Shown here piece after piece: positions 26,606 to 35,577 of a stretch of DNA of 35,577 bases. Both the position numbers and the translations under genes were made by a program. Under the pieces are notes generated by a model that was not told the origin of the DNA, did not search any database, and saw only the letters and a list, made by a program, of their open reading frames with translations. Origin of the DNA: a virus (taxonomy: Duplodnaviria; Heunggongvirae; Uroviricota; Caudoviricetes); the IMG/VR virus record IMGVR_UViG_2778261575_000001; one strand, 5' to 3'. The stretch's first letter is position 1. Each line of letters begins with the position of its first letter.

Positions 26606-26951
26606 TTTTCAGAATGCCTTTGATGCCGCCCTTGCCGGGGTGGACAGTACGATTGTTGAAGTGATGGGCATCAGTGCGCAGTTCACCTCCGGTGCACAGC
26701 GTGGCGGCGAGGTTCATGGCGTTTTTGACGATCCGGAGTCGCTGGGTTTTGCCAGTAGTGGGATCCGTATTGAAGGAAGTAACCCGTCATTATTTGTGCT
26801 TACGGATACGGTTTGTGCTGTACGGCGTGGTGACACGCTGACCATTAACGGCGAGATGTTCTGGGTGGACCGTGTTTCTCCGGATGACGGAGGGAGTTGT
26901 TATCTCTGGCTCAACCGGGGGCAACCACCTGCCGCCAGCCGTCGTCGCTGA
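26598..26951 (+). CDS. FII: head-tail connector protein FII
   Basis: 117 aa from the ATG at 26598; matches lambda FII (..F.N.FDAA.A..D.TI....G.SA..TSG.Q.G....GVFDDPE......G.R.EGS.PSLFV.TD.V...RRGDTL....E.FWVDRVSPDDGGSC.LWL.RG.PPA..RRR). Confidence 0.85.
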   Translation: MRDFQNAFDAALAGVDSTIVEVMGISAQFTSGAQRGGEVHGVFDDPESLGFASSGIRIEGSNPSLFVLTDTVCAVRRGDTLTINGEMFWVDRVSPDDGGSCYLWLNRGQPPAASRRR

Positions 26952-26962
26952 AAGGGGGATGT

Positions 26963-27541
26963 ATGGCCATACAGGGTCTTGAGCAGGCCGTTGAAAACCT
27001 CAGCCGTATCAGCAGAACGGCGGTGCCCGGTGCCGCCGCAATGGCCATTAACCGCGTTGCTTCATCCGCGATATCGCAGTCTGCGTCACAGGTTGCCCGT
27101 GAGACAAGGGTACGCCGGAAACTGGTAAAGGAAAGGGCCAGGCTGAAAAGGGCCACAGTTAAAAATCCGCAGGCCAGAATCAAGGTTAACCGGGGGGATT
27201 TGCCCGTAATCAAGCTGGGTAACGCGCGGGTTGTCCTGTCCCGACGCAGGCGTCGTAAAAAGGGGCAGCGTTCATCCCTGAAAGGTGGCGACAGCGTGCT
27301 TGTGGTGGGAAACCGTCGTATTCCCGGCGCGTTTATTCAGCAACTGAAAAATGGCCGGTGGCATGTCATGCAGCGTGTGGCCGGGAAAAACCGTTACCCC
27401 ATTGATGTGGTGAAAATCCCGATGGCAGTGCCGCTGACCACGGCGTTTAAACAGAATATTGAGCGGATACGGCGTGAACGTCTTCCGAAAGAGCTGGGCT
27501 ATGCGCTGCAGCATCAACTGAGGATGGTAATAAAGCGATGA
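26963..27541 (+). CDS. Z: tail completion protein Z
   Basis: 192 aa from the ATG at 26963; near-identical to remembered lambda Z (MAI.GLEQAVENLSRIS.TAVPGAAAMAINRVASSAISQSASQVARET...). Confidence 0.9.
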   Translation: MAIQGLEQAVENLSRISRTAVPGAAAMAINRVASSAISQSASQVARETRVRRKLVKERARLKRATVKNPQARIKVNRGDLPVIKLGNARVVLSRRRRRKKGQRSSLKGGDSVLVVGNRRIPGAFIQQLKNGRWHVMQRVAGKNRYPIDVVKIPMAVPLTTAFKQNIERIRRERLPKELGYALQHQLRMVIKR

Positions 27542-27933
27542 AACATACAGAACTCCGTGCAGCCGTACTGGATGCACTGGAAAAACATGACACCGGGGCG
27601 ACGCTTTTTGATGGTCGCCCCGCTGTTTTTGATGAGGAGGATTTTCCGGCAGTTGCCGTTTATCTCACCGGCGCTGAATACACGGGCGAAGAGCTGGACA
27701 GCGATACCTGGCAGGCGGAGCTGCATATTGAAGTTTTCCTGCCTGCTCAGGTGCCGGATTCAGAGCTGGATTCGTGGATGGAGTCCCGGATTTATCCGGT
27801 GATGAGCGATATCCCGGCACTGTCAGAGTTGATCACCAGTATGGTGGCCAGTGGCTATGACTACCGACGCGACGATGATGCGGGCCTGTGGAGTTCAGCC
27901 GATCTGACTTATGTCATTACCTATGAAATGTGA
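27538..27933 (+). CDS. U: tail terminator protein U
   Basis: 131-aa ORF matching lambda gpU ([51 protein letters not shown]...). Confidence 0.9.
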   Translation: MKHTELRAAVLDALEKHDTGATLFDGRPAVFDEEDFPAVAVYLTGAEYTGEELDSDTWQAELHIEVFLPAQVPDSELDSWMESRIYPVMSDIPALSELITSMVASGYDYRRDDDAGLWSSADLTYVITYEM

Positions 27934-27940
27934 GGACGAT

Positions 27941-28681
27941 ATGCCTGTACCAAATCCTACAATGCCGGTGAAAGGTGCCGGGACCACACTGTGGGTTTAT
28001 AAGGGGAACGGTGACCCTTATGCGAACCCGCTTTCAGACGTGGACTGGTCGCGTCTGGCAAAAGTTAAAGACCTGACGCCCGGCGAACTGACCGCTGAGT
28101 CCTATGACGACAGCTATCTCGATGATGAAGATGCGGACTGGACTGCGACCGGGCAGGGGCAGAAATCAGCCGGAGATACCAGCTTCACGCTGGCGTGGAT
28201 GCCCGGAGAGCAGGGGCAGCAGGCGCTGCTGGCGTGGTTTAATGAAGGTGATACCCGTGCCTATAAAATCCGCTTCCCGAACGGCACGGTCGATGTGTTC
28301 CGTGGCTGGGTCAGCAGTATCGGTAAAGCGGTGACGGCGAAGGAAGTGATCACCCGCACGGTGAAGGTCACCAATGTGGGCCGTCCGTCAATGGCAGAAG
28401 ATCGCAGCACGGTCACAGCGGCAACCGGCATGACCGTGACGCCTGCCAGCACCTCGGTGGTGAAAGGGCAGAGCACCACGCTGACCGTGGCATTCCAGCC
28501 GGAAGGCGCAACCGACAAGAGCTTCCGTGCGGTGTCTGCGGATAAAACAAAAGCCACCGTGTCGGTCAGTGGTATGACCATCACCGTGAAAGGTGTTGCT
28601 GCAGGCAAGGTCAACATTCCGGTCGTATCCGGTAATGGTGAACTTGCTGCGGTTGCAGAAATCAACGTTACCGCCAGTTAA
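27941..28681 (+). CDS. V: major tail protein V (with C-terminal Ig-like domain)
   Basis: 246 aa from the ATG at 27941; matches lambda gpV ([153 protein letters not shown]). Confidence 0.9.
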   Translation: MPVPNPTMPVKGAGTTLWVYKGNGDPYANPLSDVDWSRLAKVKDLTPGELTAESYDDSYLDDEDADWTATGQGQKSAGDTSFTLAWMPGEQGQQALLAWFNEGDTRAYKIRFPNGTVDVFRGWVSSIGKAVTAKEVITRTVKVTNVGRPSMAEDRSTVTAATGMTVTPASTSVVKGQSTTLTVAFQPEGATDKSFRAVSADKTKATVSVSGMTITVKGVAAGKVNIPVVSGNGELAAVAEINVTAS

Positions 28682-28696
28682 TCCGGAGAGTCAGCG

Positions 28697-29119
28697 ATGT
28701 TCCTGAAAACCGAATCATTTGAACATAACGGTGTGACCGTCACGCTTTCTGAACTGTCAGCCCTGCAGCGTATTGAGCATCTCGCCCTGATGAAACGACA
28801 GGCAGAACAGGCGGAGTCAGACAGCAACCGGAAGTTTACTGTGGAAGACGCCATCAGAACCGGCGCTTTTGTGGTGGCGATGTCCCTGTGGCATAACCAT
28901 CCGCAGAAGACAAAGCTGCCTTCCATGAATGAAGCCGTTAAACAGATTGAGCAGGAAGTGCTTACCACCTGGCCCACGGAGGCAATTTCTCATGCTGAAA
29001 ACGTGGTGTACCGGCTGTCCGGTATGTATGAGTTTGTGGTGAATGATGCTCCTGAACAGGCAGATGACGCCGGGCCTGCAGAGCCTGTTTCTGCGGGAAA
29101 GTGTTCGACGGTGAGCTGA
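28697..29119 (+). CDS. G: tail assembly chaperone G
   Basis: 140-aa ORF matching lambda gpG; contains the GGGAAAG slippery site near its 3' end. Confidence 0.9.
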   Translation: MFLKTESFEHNGVTVTLSELSALQRIEHLALMKRQAEQAESDSNRKFTVEDAIRTGAFVVAMSLWHNHPQKTKLPSMNEAVKQIEQEVLTTWPTEAISHAENVVYRLSGMYEFVVNDAPEQADDAGPAEPVSAGKCSTVS

Positions 29120-29535
29120 GTTTTGCCCTGAAACTGGCGCGTGAGATGGGGCGACCCGACTGGCGTGCCATGCTTGCCGGGATGTCATCCACGGAGTATG
29201 CCGACTGGCGCCGCTTTTACAGTACCCATTATTTTCATGATGTTCTGCTGGATATGCACTTTTCCGGGCTGACATATACCGTGCTCAGCCTGTTTTTCTG
29301 CGATCCGGATATGCATCCGCTGGATTTCAGTCTGCTTAACCGGCGTGAGGCTGACGAAGAGCCTGAAGATGATGTGCTGATGCAGAAAGCAGCAGGGCTT
29401 GCCGGAGGCGTTCGTTTTGGCCCGGACGGGAAAGAAGTTATCCCCGCTTCCCCGGATGTGGCGGACATGACGGAGGATGACGTAATGCTGATGACAGTAT
29501 CAGAAGGGATCGCAGGAGGAGTCCGGTATGGCTGA
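28697..29535 (+). CDS. T: tail assembly chaperone G-T, product of a programmed -1 ribosomal frameshift
   Basis: Slippery heptamer G_GGA_AAG at 29095-29101 in the G frame; the -1 frame continues open to 29535 (..GKVFDGELSFALKLAREMGRPDWRAMLAGMSSTEYADWRRFYSTHYF..), matching lambda gpT. The T frame has no independent ATG. Confidence 0.75.
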
Positions 29536-32089
29536 ACCGGTAGGCGATCTGGTCGTTGATTTAAGTCTGGATGCGGCCAGATTTGACGAGCAGATGGCCA
29601 GAGTCAGGCGTCATTTTTCCGGTACGGAAAGTGATGCGAAAAAAACAGCGGCAGTCGTTGAACAGTCGATGAACCGGCAGGCGCTGGCTGCACAGAAAGC
29701 GGGGATTTCCGTCGGGCAGTATAAAGCCGCCATGCGTATGCTGCCTGCACAGTTCACCGACGTGGCCACGCAGCTTGCAGGCGGGCAAAGTCCGTGGCTG
29801 ATCCTGCTGCAACAGGGGGGGCAGGTGAAGGACTCCTTCGGCGGGATGATCCCCATGTTCCGGGGGCTTGCCGGTGCGATCACCCTGCCGATGGTCGGGG
29901 CCACCTCGCTGGCGGTGGCGACCGGTGCGCTGGCGTATGCCTGGTATCAGGGCAACTCAACCCTGTCCGATTTCAACAAAACGCTGGTCCTTTCCGGCAA
30001 TCAGTCGGGGCTGACGGCAGATCGTATGCTGGTCCTGTCCAGAGCCGGGCAGGCGGCAGGGCTGACGTTTAACCAGACCAGCGAGTCACTCAGCGCACTG
30101 GTTAAGGCGGGGGTAAGCGGTGAGGCTCAGATTGCGTCCATCAGCCAGAGTGTGGCGCGTTTCTCCTCTGCATCCGGCGTGGAGGTGGACAAGGTCGCTG
30201 AAGCCTTCGGGAAGCTGACCACTGACCCGACGTCGGGGCTGACAGCGATGGCGCGCCAGTTCCATAACGTGACGGCGGAGCAGATTGCGTATGTTGCTCA
30301 GTTGCAGCGTTCCGGCGAAGAAGCCGGGGCATTGCAGGCGGCGAACGAGGCCGCGACGAAAGGGTTTGATGACCAGACCCGCCGCCTGAAAGAGAACATG
30401 GGCACGCTGGAGACCTGGGCAGAGAGGACAGCACGGGCATTCAAATCTATGTGGGATGCGGTGCTGGATATTGGTCGTCCTGATACCGCGCAGGAGATGC
30501 TGATTAAGGCAGAGGCCGCGTTTAAGAAAGCGGACGATATCTGGAATCTGCGCAAGGATGATTATTTTGTTAACGATGAAGCGCGGGCGCGTTACTGGGA
30601 TGATCGTGAAAAGGCCCGTCTTGCGCTTGAAGCCGCCCGAAAGAAGGCTGAACAGCAGAGTCAACAGGACAAAAATGCGCAGCAGCAGAGCGATACCGAA
30701 GCGTCACGGCTGAAATATACCGAAGAGGCGCAGAAGGCTTACGAACGGCTGCAGACGCCGCTGGAGAAATATGCCGCCCGTCAGGAAGAACTGAATAAGG
30801 CCCTGAAAGACGGAAAAATCCTGCAGGCAGATTACAACACGCTGATGGCGGCAGCGAAAAAGGACTATGAAACGACACTGAAAAAGCCGAAGCAGTCCGG
30901 CGTGAAGGTGTCTGCGGGCGATCGTCAGGAAGACAGTGCTCATGCTGCCCTGCTGACGCTTCAGGCTGAACTCCGGACGCTGGAGAAGCATGCCGGAGCA
31001 AATGAGAAAATCAGCCAGCAGCGCCGGGATTTGTGGAAGGCGGAGAGTCAGTTCGCGGTACTGGAGGAGGCGGCGCAACGTCGCCAGCTGTCTGCACAGG
31101 AGAAATCCCTGCTGGCGCATAAAGATGAGACGCTGGAGTACAAACGCCAGCTGGCTGCACTTGGCGACAAGGTTACGTATCAGGAGCGCCTGAACGCGCT
31201 GGCGCAGCAGGCGGATAAATTCGCACAGCAGCAACGGGCAAAACGGGCCGCTATTGATGCGAAAAGCCGGGGGCTGACTGACCGGCAGGCAGAACGGGAA
31301 GCCACGGAACAGCGCCTGAAGGAACAGTATGGCGATAATCCTCTGGCGCTGAATAACGTCATGTCAGAGCAGAAAAAGACCTGGGCGGCTGAAGACCTGC
31401 TTCGCGGGAACTGGATGGCAGGCCTCAGGTCCGGCTGGAGCGAGTGGAAAGAGAGTGCCACGGACAGTATGTCGCAGGTTAAAAGTGCTGCCACGCAGAC
31501 CTTTGATGGTATTGCGCAGAATATGGCGGCGATGCTGACCGGCAGTGAACAGAACTGGCGCAGCTTCACCCGTTCCGTGCTGTCCATGATGACAGAAATT
31601 CTGCTTAAGCAGGCAATGGTGGGGATTGTCGGGAGTATCGGCAGCGCTATTGGCGGGGCTGTTGGTGGCGGCGCATCCGCGTCAGGCGGTTCAGCCATTC
31701 AGGCCGCTGCGGCGAAATTCCATTTTGCAACCGGAGGATTTACGGGAACCGGCGGCAAATATGAGCCAGCGGGGATTGTTCACCGTGGTGAGTTTGTCTT
31801 CACGAAGGAGGCAACCAGCCGGATTGGTGTCGGCAACCTGTACCGCCTAATGCGGGGCTATGCGGAAGGTGGTTATGTGGGCGGTGCCGGAAGTCCGGCG
31901 CAGATGCGGCGGGCTGAAGGCATTAATTTTAATCAGAACAATCACGTGGTGATTCAGAACGACGGTACGAATGGTCTGCCAGGTCCACAGATGATGAAGG
32001 CAGTGTATGACATGGCCCGCAAGGGTGCCCGTGATGAAATTCAGACACAGATGCGTGATGGTGGCCTGTTCTCCGGAGGTGGACGATGA
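29528..32089 (+). CDS. H: tail tape measure protein H
   Basis: 853-aa ORF, the same length as lambda gpH, following G/T in the conserved gene order; alpha-helical, Ala/Gln-rich. Confidence 0.95.
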   Translation: MAEPVGDLVVDLSLDAARFDEQMARVRRHFSGTESDAKKTAAVVEQSMNRQALAAQKAGISVGQYKAAMRMLPAQFTDVATQLAGGQSPWLILLQQGGQVKDSFGGMIPMFRGLAGAITLPMVGATSLAVATGALAYAWYQGNSTLSDFNKTLVLSGNQSGLTADRMLVLSRAGQAAGLTFNQTSESLSALVKAGVSGEAQIASISQSVARFSSASGVEVDKVAEAFGKLTTDPTSGLTAMARQFHNVTAEQIAYVAQLQRSGEEAGALQAANEAATKGFDDQTRRLKENMGTLETWAERTARAFKSMWDAVLDIGRPDTAQEMLIKAEAAFKKADDIWNLRKDDYFVNDEARARYWDDREKARLALEAARKKAEQQSQQDKNAQQQSDTEASRLKYTEEAQKAYERLQTPLEKYAARQEELNKALKDGKILQADYNTLMAAAKKDYETTLKKPKQSGVKVSAGDRQEDSAHAALLTLQAELRTLEKHAGANEKISQQRRDLWKAESQFAVLEEAAQRRQLSAQEKSLLAHKDETLEYKRQLAALGDKVTYQERLNALAQQADKFAQQQRAKRAAIDAKSRGLTDRQAEREATEQRLKEQYGDNPLALNNVMSEQKKTWAAEDLLRGNWMAGLRSGWSEWKESATDSMSQVKSAATQTFDGIAQNMAAMLTGSEQNWRSFTRSVLSMMTEILLKQAMVGIVGSIGSAIGGAVGGGASASGGSAIQAAAAKFHFATGGFTGTGGKYEPAGIVHRGEFVFTKEATSRIGVGNLYRLMRGYAEGGYVGGAGSPAQMRRAEGINFNQNNHVVIQNDGTNGLPGPQMMKAVYDMARKGARDEIQTQMRDGGLFSGGGR

Positions 32090-32415
32090 AAACCTTCCGC
32101 TGGAAAGTGAAACCCGGTATGGATGTGGCTTCGGCCCCTTCTGTAAGAAAGGTGCGCTTTGGTGATGGCTATTCCCAGCGAGCGCCTGCCGGGCTGAATG
32201 CCAACCTGAAAACGTACAGCGTGACGCTTTCTGTCCCCCGTTGGGAGGCCACGGCGCTGGAGTCGTTTCTGGCTGAGCACGGGGGCTGGAAATCCTTTCT
32301 GTGGACGCCGCCTTATGAGTGGCGGCAGATAAAGGTGACCTGCGCAAAATGGTCGTCGCGGGTCAGTATGCTGCGTGTTGAGTTCAGCGCAGAGTTTGAA
32401 CAGGTGGTGAACTGA
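32086..32415 (+). CDS. M: minor tail protein M
   Basis: 109-aa ORF near-identical to lambda gpM (MKTFRWKVKPGMDVAS.PSVRKVRFGDGYSQRAPAGLNANLKTYSVTLSVPR.EAT.LESFL.EHGGWKSFLWTPPYEWRQIKVTCAKWSSRVSMLRVEFSAEFEQVVN). Confidence 0.9.
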   Translation: MKTFRWKVKPGMDVASAPSVRKVRFGDGYSQRAPAGLNANLKTYSVTLSVPRWEATALESFLAEHGGWKSFLWTPPYEWRQIKVTCAKWSSRVSMLRVEFSAEFEQVVN

Positions 32416-33113
32416 TGCAGGATATCCGACAGGAAACACTGAATGAATGCACCCGTGCGGAGCAGTCTGCCAGCGTGGTGCTCTGGGAAATCGATCTGAC
32501 AGAGGTTGGTGGAGAACGTTATTTTTTCTGTAATGAGCAGAACGAAAAAGGTGAGCCGGTCACCTGGCAGGGGCGACAGTATCAGGCGTATCCCATTCAG
32601 GGGAGTGGTTTCGAACTGAATGGCAAAGGCACCAGTACGCGCCCCACGCTGACGGTTTCTAACCTCTATGGCATGGTCACCGGGATGGCGGAAGATCTGC
32701 AGAGTCTGGTCGGCGGAACGGTGGTCAGGCGTAAGGTTTATGCCCGTTTTCTGGATGCGGTGAACTTCGTCAACGGAAACAGCGACGCCGATCCGGAGCA
32801 GGAGGTGATCAGCCGCTGGCGCATCGAGCAGTGCAGCGAACTGAGCGCGGTCAGTGCCTCCTTTGTACTGTCCACGCCGACTGAAACGGATGGTGCCGTT
32901 TTTCCGGGACGTATCATGCTGGCCAACACCTGCACCTGGACCTATCGCGGTGACGAGTGCGGTTATAGCGGTCCGGCTGTCGCGGATGAATATGACCAGC
33001 CGACGTCCGATATCACGAAGGATAAATGCAGCAAATGCCTGAGTGGCTGTAAGTTTCGCAATAACGTGGGCAACTTTGGCGGCTTCCTTTCCATTAACAA
33101 ACTTTCGCAGTAA
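32415..33113 (+). CDS. L: minor tail protein L
   Basis: 232-aa ORF, the same length as lambda gpL, in conserved order after M; cysteine cluster near the C-terminus. Confidence 0.9.
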   Translation: MQDIRQETLNECTRAEQSASVVLWEIDLTEVGGERYFFCNEQNEKGEPVTWQGRQYQAYPIQGSGFELNGKGTSTRPTLTVSNLYGMVTGMAEDLQSLVGGTVVRRKVYARFLDAVNFVNGNSDADPEQEVISRWRIEQCSELSAVSASFVLSTPTETDGAVFPGRIMLANTCTWTYRGDECGYSGPAVADEYDQPTSDITKDKCSKCLSGCKFRNNVGNFGGFLSINKLSQ

Positions 33114-33117
33114 TCCC

Positions 33118-33861
33118 ATGACAGAGACAGAATCAGCGATTCTGGCGCACGCCCGGCGATGTGCGCCAGCGGAGTCGTGCGGCTTCGTGGTGAGAACGCC
33201 GGAGGGGGAAAGATATTTTCCCTGCGTGAATATTTCCGGTGAGCCGGAGGATTATTTCCGGATGGCTCCGGAGGACTGGCTGCAGGCAGAAATGCAGGGT
33301 GAGATTGTGGCGCTGGTCCACAGTCATCCCGGTGGTCTGCCCTGGCTGAGTGAGGCTGACCGGCGGCTGCAGGTGCAGAGTGATTTGCCGTGGTGGCTGG
33401 TCTGCCGGGGGGCGATTCACAAGTTCCGCTGTGTGCCGCATCTTACCGGGCGGCGCTTTGAGCACGGGGTGACGGACTGTTACACGCTGTTCCGGGATGC
33501 TTACCATCTGGCGGGGATTGAGATGCCGGATTTTCATCGCGAGGATGACTGGTGGCGTAACGGTCAGAATCTCTATCTGGATAATCTGGAGGCCACAGGG
33601 CTGTATCAGGTGCCGTTGTCATCAGCACAACCGGGCGATGTGCTGCTGTGCTGTTTTGGTTCATCGGTGCCGAATCATGCCGCCATTTACTGTGGTGATG
33701 GCGAGCTGCTGCACCATATTCCTGAACAACTGAGCAAACGAGAGAGGTATACCGACAAATGGCAGCGACGCACACACTCCCTCTGGCGTCACCGGGCATG
33801 GCGCGCATCTGCCTTTACGGGGATTTGCAACGATTTGGCCGCCGCATCGACCTTCGTGTGA
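33118..33861 (+). CDS. K: tail assembly protein K (JAB/MPN + NlpC/P60-type peptidase)
   Basis: 247 aa from the ATG at 33118; N-terminus MTETESAILAHARRCAPAESCGFVV.TPEGERYFPCVNISGEPE matches lambda gpK; HSHP metal-binding motif present; reads 103 nt into gene I. Confidence 0.8.
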   Translation: MTETESAILAHARRCAPAESCGFVVRTPEGERYFPCVNISGEPEDYFRMAPEDWLQAEMQGEIVALVHSHPGGLPWLSEADRRLQVQSDLPWWLVCRGAIHKFRCVPHLTGRRFEHGVTDCYTLFRDAYHLAGIEMPDFHREDDWWRNGQNLYLDNLEATGLYQVPLSSAQPGDVLLCCFGSSVPNHAAIYCGDGELLHHIPEQLSKRERYTDKWQRRTHSLWRHRAWRASAFTGICNDLAAASTFV

Positions 33862-34430
33862 AAACGGGGGCTGAAGCCATCCGCGCACTGGCCACACAGC
33901 TCCCGGTGTTTCGTCAGAAACTGAGCGACGGCTGGTATCAGGTACGGATTGCCGGGCGGGACGTCAGCACGTCCGGGTTAACGGCGCAGTTACATGAGAC
34001 TCTGCCTGATGGCGCTGTGATTCATATTGTTCCCAGAGTCGCCGGGGCCAAGTCAGGTGGCGTATTCCAGATTGTCCTGGGGGCTGCCGCCATTGCCGGA
34101 TCATTCTTTACCGCCGGAGCCACCCTTGCAGCATGGGGGGCAGCCATTGGGGCCGGTGGTATGACCGGCATCCTGTTTTCTCTCGGTGCCAGTATGGTGC
34201 TCGGTGGTGTGGCGCAGATGCTGGCACCGAAAGCCAGAACTCCCCGTACACAGACAACGGATAACGGCAAACAGAACACCTATTTCTCCTCACTGGATAA
34301 CATGGTTGCCCAGGGCAATGTTCTGCCCGTTCTGTACGGTGAAATGCGCGTGGGGTCGCGGGTGGTCTCTCAGGAGATCAGCACGGCAGACGAAGGGGAT
34401 GGTGGTCAGGTTGTGGTGATTGGTCGCTGA
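33759..34430 (+). CDS. I: tail assembly protein I
   Basis: 223-aa ORF near-identical to lambda gpI (MAATHTLPLASPGMARICLYGDLQRFGRRIDLRVKTGAEAIRALATQLP.FRQKLSDGWYQVRIAGRDV...). Confidence 0.9.
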   Translation: MAATHTLPLASPGMARICLYGDLQRFGRRIDLRVKTGAEAIRALATQLPVFRQKLSDGWYQVRIAGRDVSTSGLTAQLHETLPDGAVIHIVPRVAGAKSGGVFQIVLGAAAIAGSFFTAGATLAAWGAAIGAGGMTGILFSLGASMVLGGVAQMLAPKARTPRTQTTDNGKQNTYFSSLDNMVAQGNVLPVLYGEMRVGSRVVSQEISTADEGDGGQVVVIGR

Positions 34431-34448
34431 TGCAAAATGTTTTATGTG

Positions 34449-34478
34449 AAACCGCCTCCGGGCGGTTTTATCGTTTAT
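34449..34478 (+). terminator. hairpin with U-rich tail between I and J (possible attenuator)
   Basis: Stem AAACCGCC(34449-34456)/GGCGGTTT(34461-34468), loop TCCG, followed by TATCGTTTAT; 12 nt upstream of the J ATG. Confidence 0.3.
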
Positions 34479-34490
34479 GGAGCATGACGA

Positions 34491-35577
34491 ATGGGTAAAG
34501 GCAGCAGTAAGGGGCATACCCCGCGCGAAGCGAAGGACAACCTGAAGTCCACGCAGCTGCTGAGTGTGATCGATGCCATCAGCGAAGGGCCGGTTGAAGG
34601 TCCGGTGGATGGATTAAAAAGCGTGCTGCTGAACAGTACGCCGGTGCTGGACAGTGAGGGGAATACCAATATATCCGGCGTCACGGTGGTGTTCCGGGCC
34701 GGTGAGCAGGAGCAGACACCGCCGGAGGGATTTGAATCCTCCGGCTCCGAGACGGTGCTCGGTACAGAAGTGAAATATGACACGCCGATCACCCGGACCA
34801 TCACGTCGGCAAACATTGACCGTCTGCGTTTTACTTTCGGCGTGCAGGCACTGGTGGAAACCACCTCAAAGGGGGACAGGAATCCATCGGAAGTCCGCCT
34901 GCTGGTTCAGATACAACGTAACGGTGGCTGGGTGACGGAAAAGGACATCACCATTAAGGGTAAAACCACTTCACAGTATCTGGCCTCGGTGGTGGTGGAT
35001 AACCTGCCGCCGCGCCCGTTCAGTATCCGGATGCGCAGGATGACGCCGGACAGCACCACAGACCAGCTGCAGAACAAAACGCTCTGGTCGTCATACACCG
35101 AAATCATCGATGTGAAACAGTGCTACCCGAACACGGCACTGGTCGGCGTGCAGGTGGACTCGGAGCAGTTCGGCAGCCAGCAGGTGAGCCGTAATTATCA
35201 TCTGCGCGGGCGCATTCTGCAGGTGCCGTCGAACTATAACCCGCAGACGCGGCAATACAGCGGTATCTGGGACGGAACGTTTAAGCCAGCATACAGCAAC
35301 AACATGGCCTGGTGTCTGTGGGATATGCTGACCCATCCGCGCTACGGCATGGGGAAACGTCTTGGTGCGGCGGATGTGGATAAATGGGCGCTGTATGTCA
35401 TCGGCCAGTACTGCGACCAGTCAGTGCCGGACGGCTTTGGCGGCACGGAGCCGCGCATCACCTGTAATGCGTACCTGACCACACAGCGTAAGGCGTGGGA
35501 TGTGCTCAGTGATTTCTGCTCGGCGATGCGCTGTATGCCGGTATGGAACGGGCAGACGCTGACGTTCGTGCAGGACC
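34491..35577 (+). CDS. J: tail tip / host specificity protein J, 5' partial (runs off the window)
   Basis: Open frame from the ATG at 34491 to the window end, translated by hand (MGKGSSKGHTPREAKDNLKSTQLLSVIDAISEGPVEGPVDGLKSVLLNSTPVLD...); matches the lambda gpJ N-terminus. Absent from the track because no stop is reached. Confidence 0.9.
   Translation, partial: MGKGSSKGHTPREAKDNLKSTQLLSVIDAISEGPVEGPVDGLKSVLLNSTPVLDSEGNTNISGVTVVFRAGEQEQTPPEGFESSGSETVLGTEVKYDTPITRTITSANIDRLRFTFGVQALVETTSKGDRNPSEVRLLVQIQRNGGWVTEKDITIKGKTTSQYLASVVVDNLPPRPFSIRMRRMTPDSTTDQLQNKTLWSSYTEIIDVKQCYPNTALVGVQVDSEQFGSQQVSRNYHLRGRILQVPSNYNPQTRQYSGIWDGTFKPAYSNNMAWCLWDMLTHPRYGMGKRLGAADVDKWALYVIGQYCDQSVPDGFGGTEPRITCNAYLTTQRKAWDVLSDFCSAMRCMPVWNGQTLTFVQD

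Noticed and set aside
29561-32439. Numerous alternative-frame and antisense ORFs within the tape measure gene H
   Set aside because: Typical long spurious open frames in a GC-rich, low-complexity gene; H itself matches the lambda gpH length and position.

Overview
This 35.6-kb window is almost entirely a lambda-like prophage of an enterobacterial host, laid out in prophage order. Left to right: a minus-strand early-left operon (small accessory ORFs, a TraR/DksA-type zinc-finger protein, Red exo and bet, Gam); an immunity region (OL, a cI-like repressor, OR, a YdaS-type cro and a YdaT-type regulator); replication genes O (with internal ori iterons) and P, then ren; a DLP12-like cargo block (emrE, serine recombinase ybcK, and an opposite-strand secreted alpha/beta-hydrolase); the nin region (ninB/ybcN, ninE, ybcO, rusA, ylcG); a Q-position regulator with a terminator-bearing late leader; the lysis cassette (holin, R, Rz/Rz1); bor and an envelope lipoprotein; cos; and the morphogenetic operon Nu1-A-W-B-C-D-E-FI-FII-Z-U-V-G/T-H-M-L-K-I plus the 5' part of J, which runs off the window. 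Integrase and att sites are not in the window. The most notable element is a strongly A+T-rich two-gene module immediately downstream of cI on the same strand, in the slot that rexA-rexB occupy in lambda. It encodes a GNAT-like/PUA-like fusion protein and a small ASCH-domain protein, and I interpret it as a candidate lysogen-expressed exclusion, defence or toxin-antitoxin-like system; this is unverified and I do not recognise it as a named system. All identifications were made by eye from the translated ORFs against remembered lambda and DLP12 protein sequences; no database search or computation was run, and coordinates of small motifs were counted by hand.
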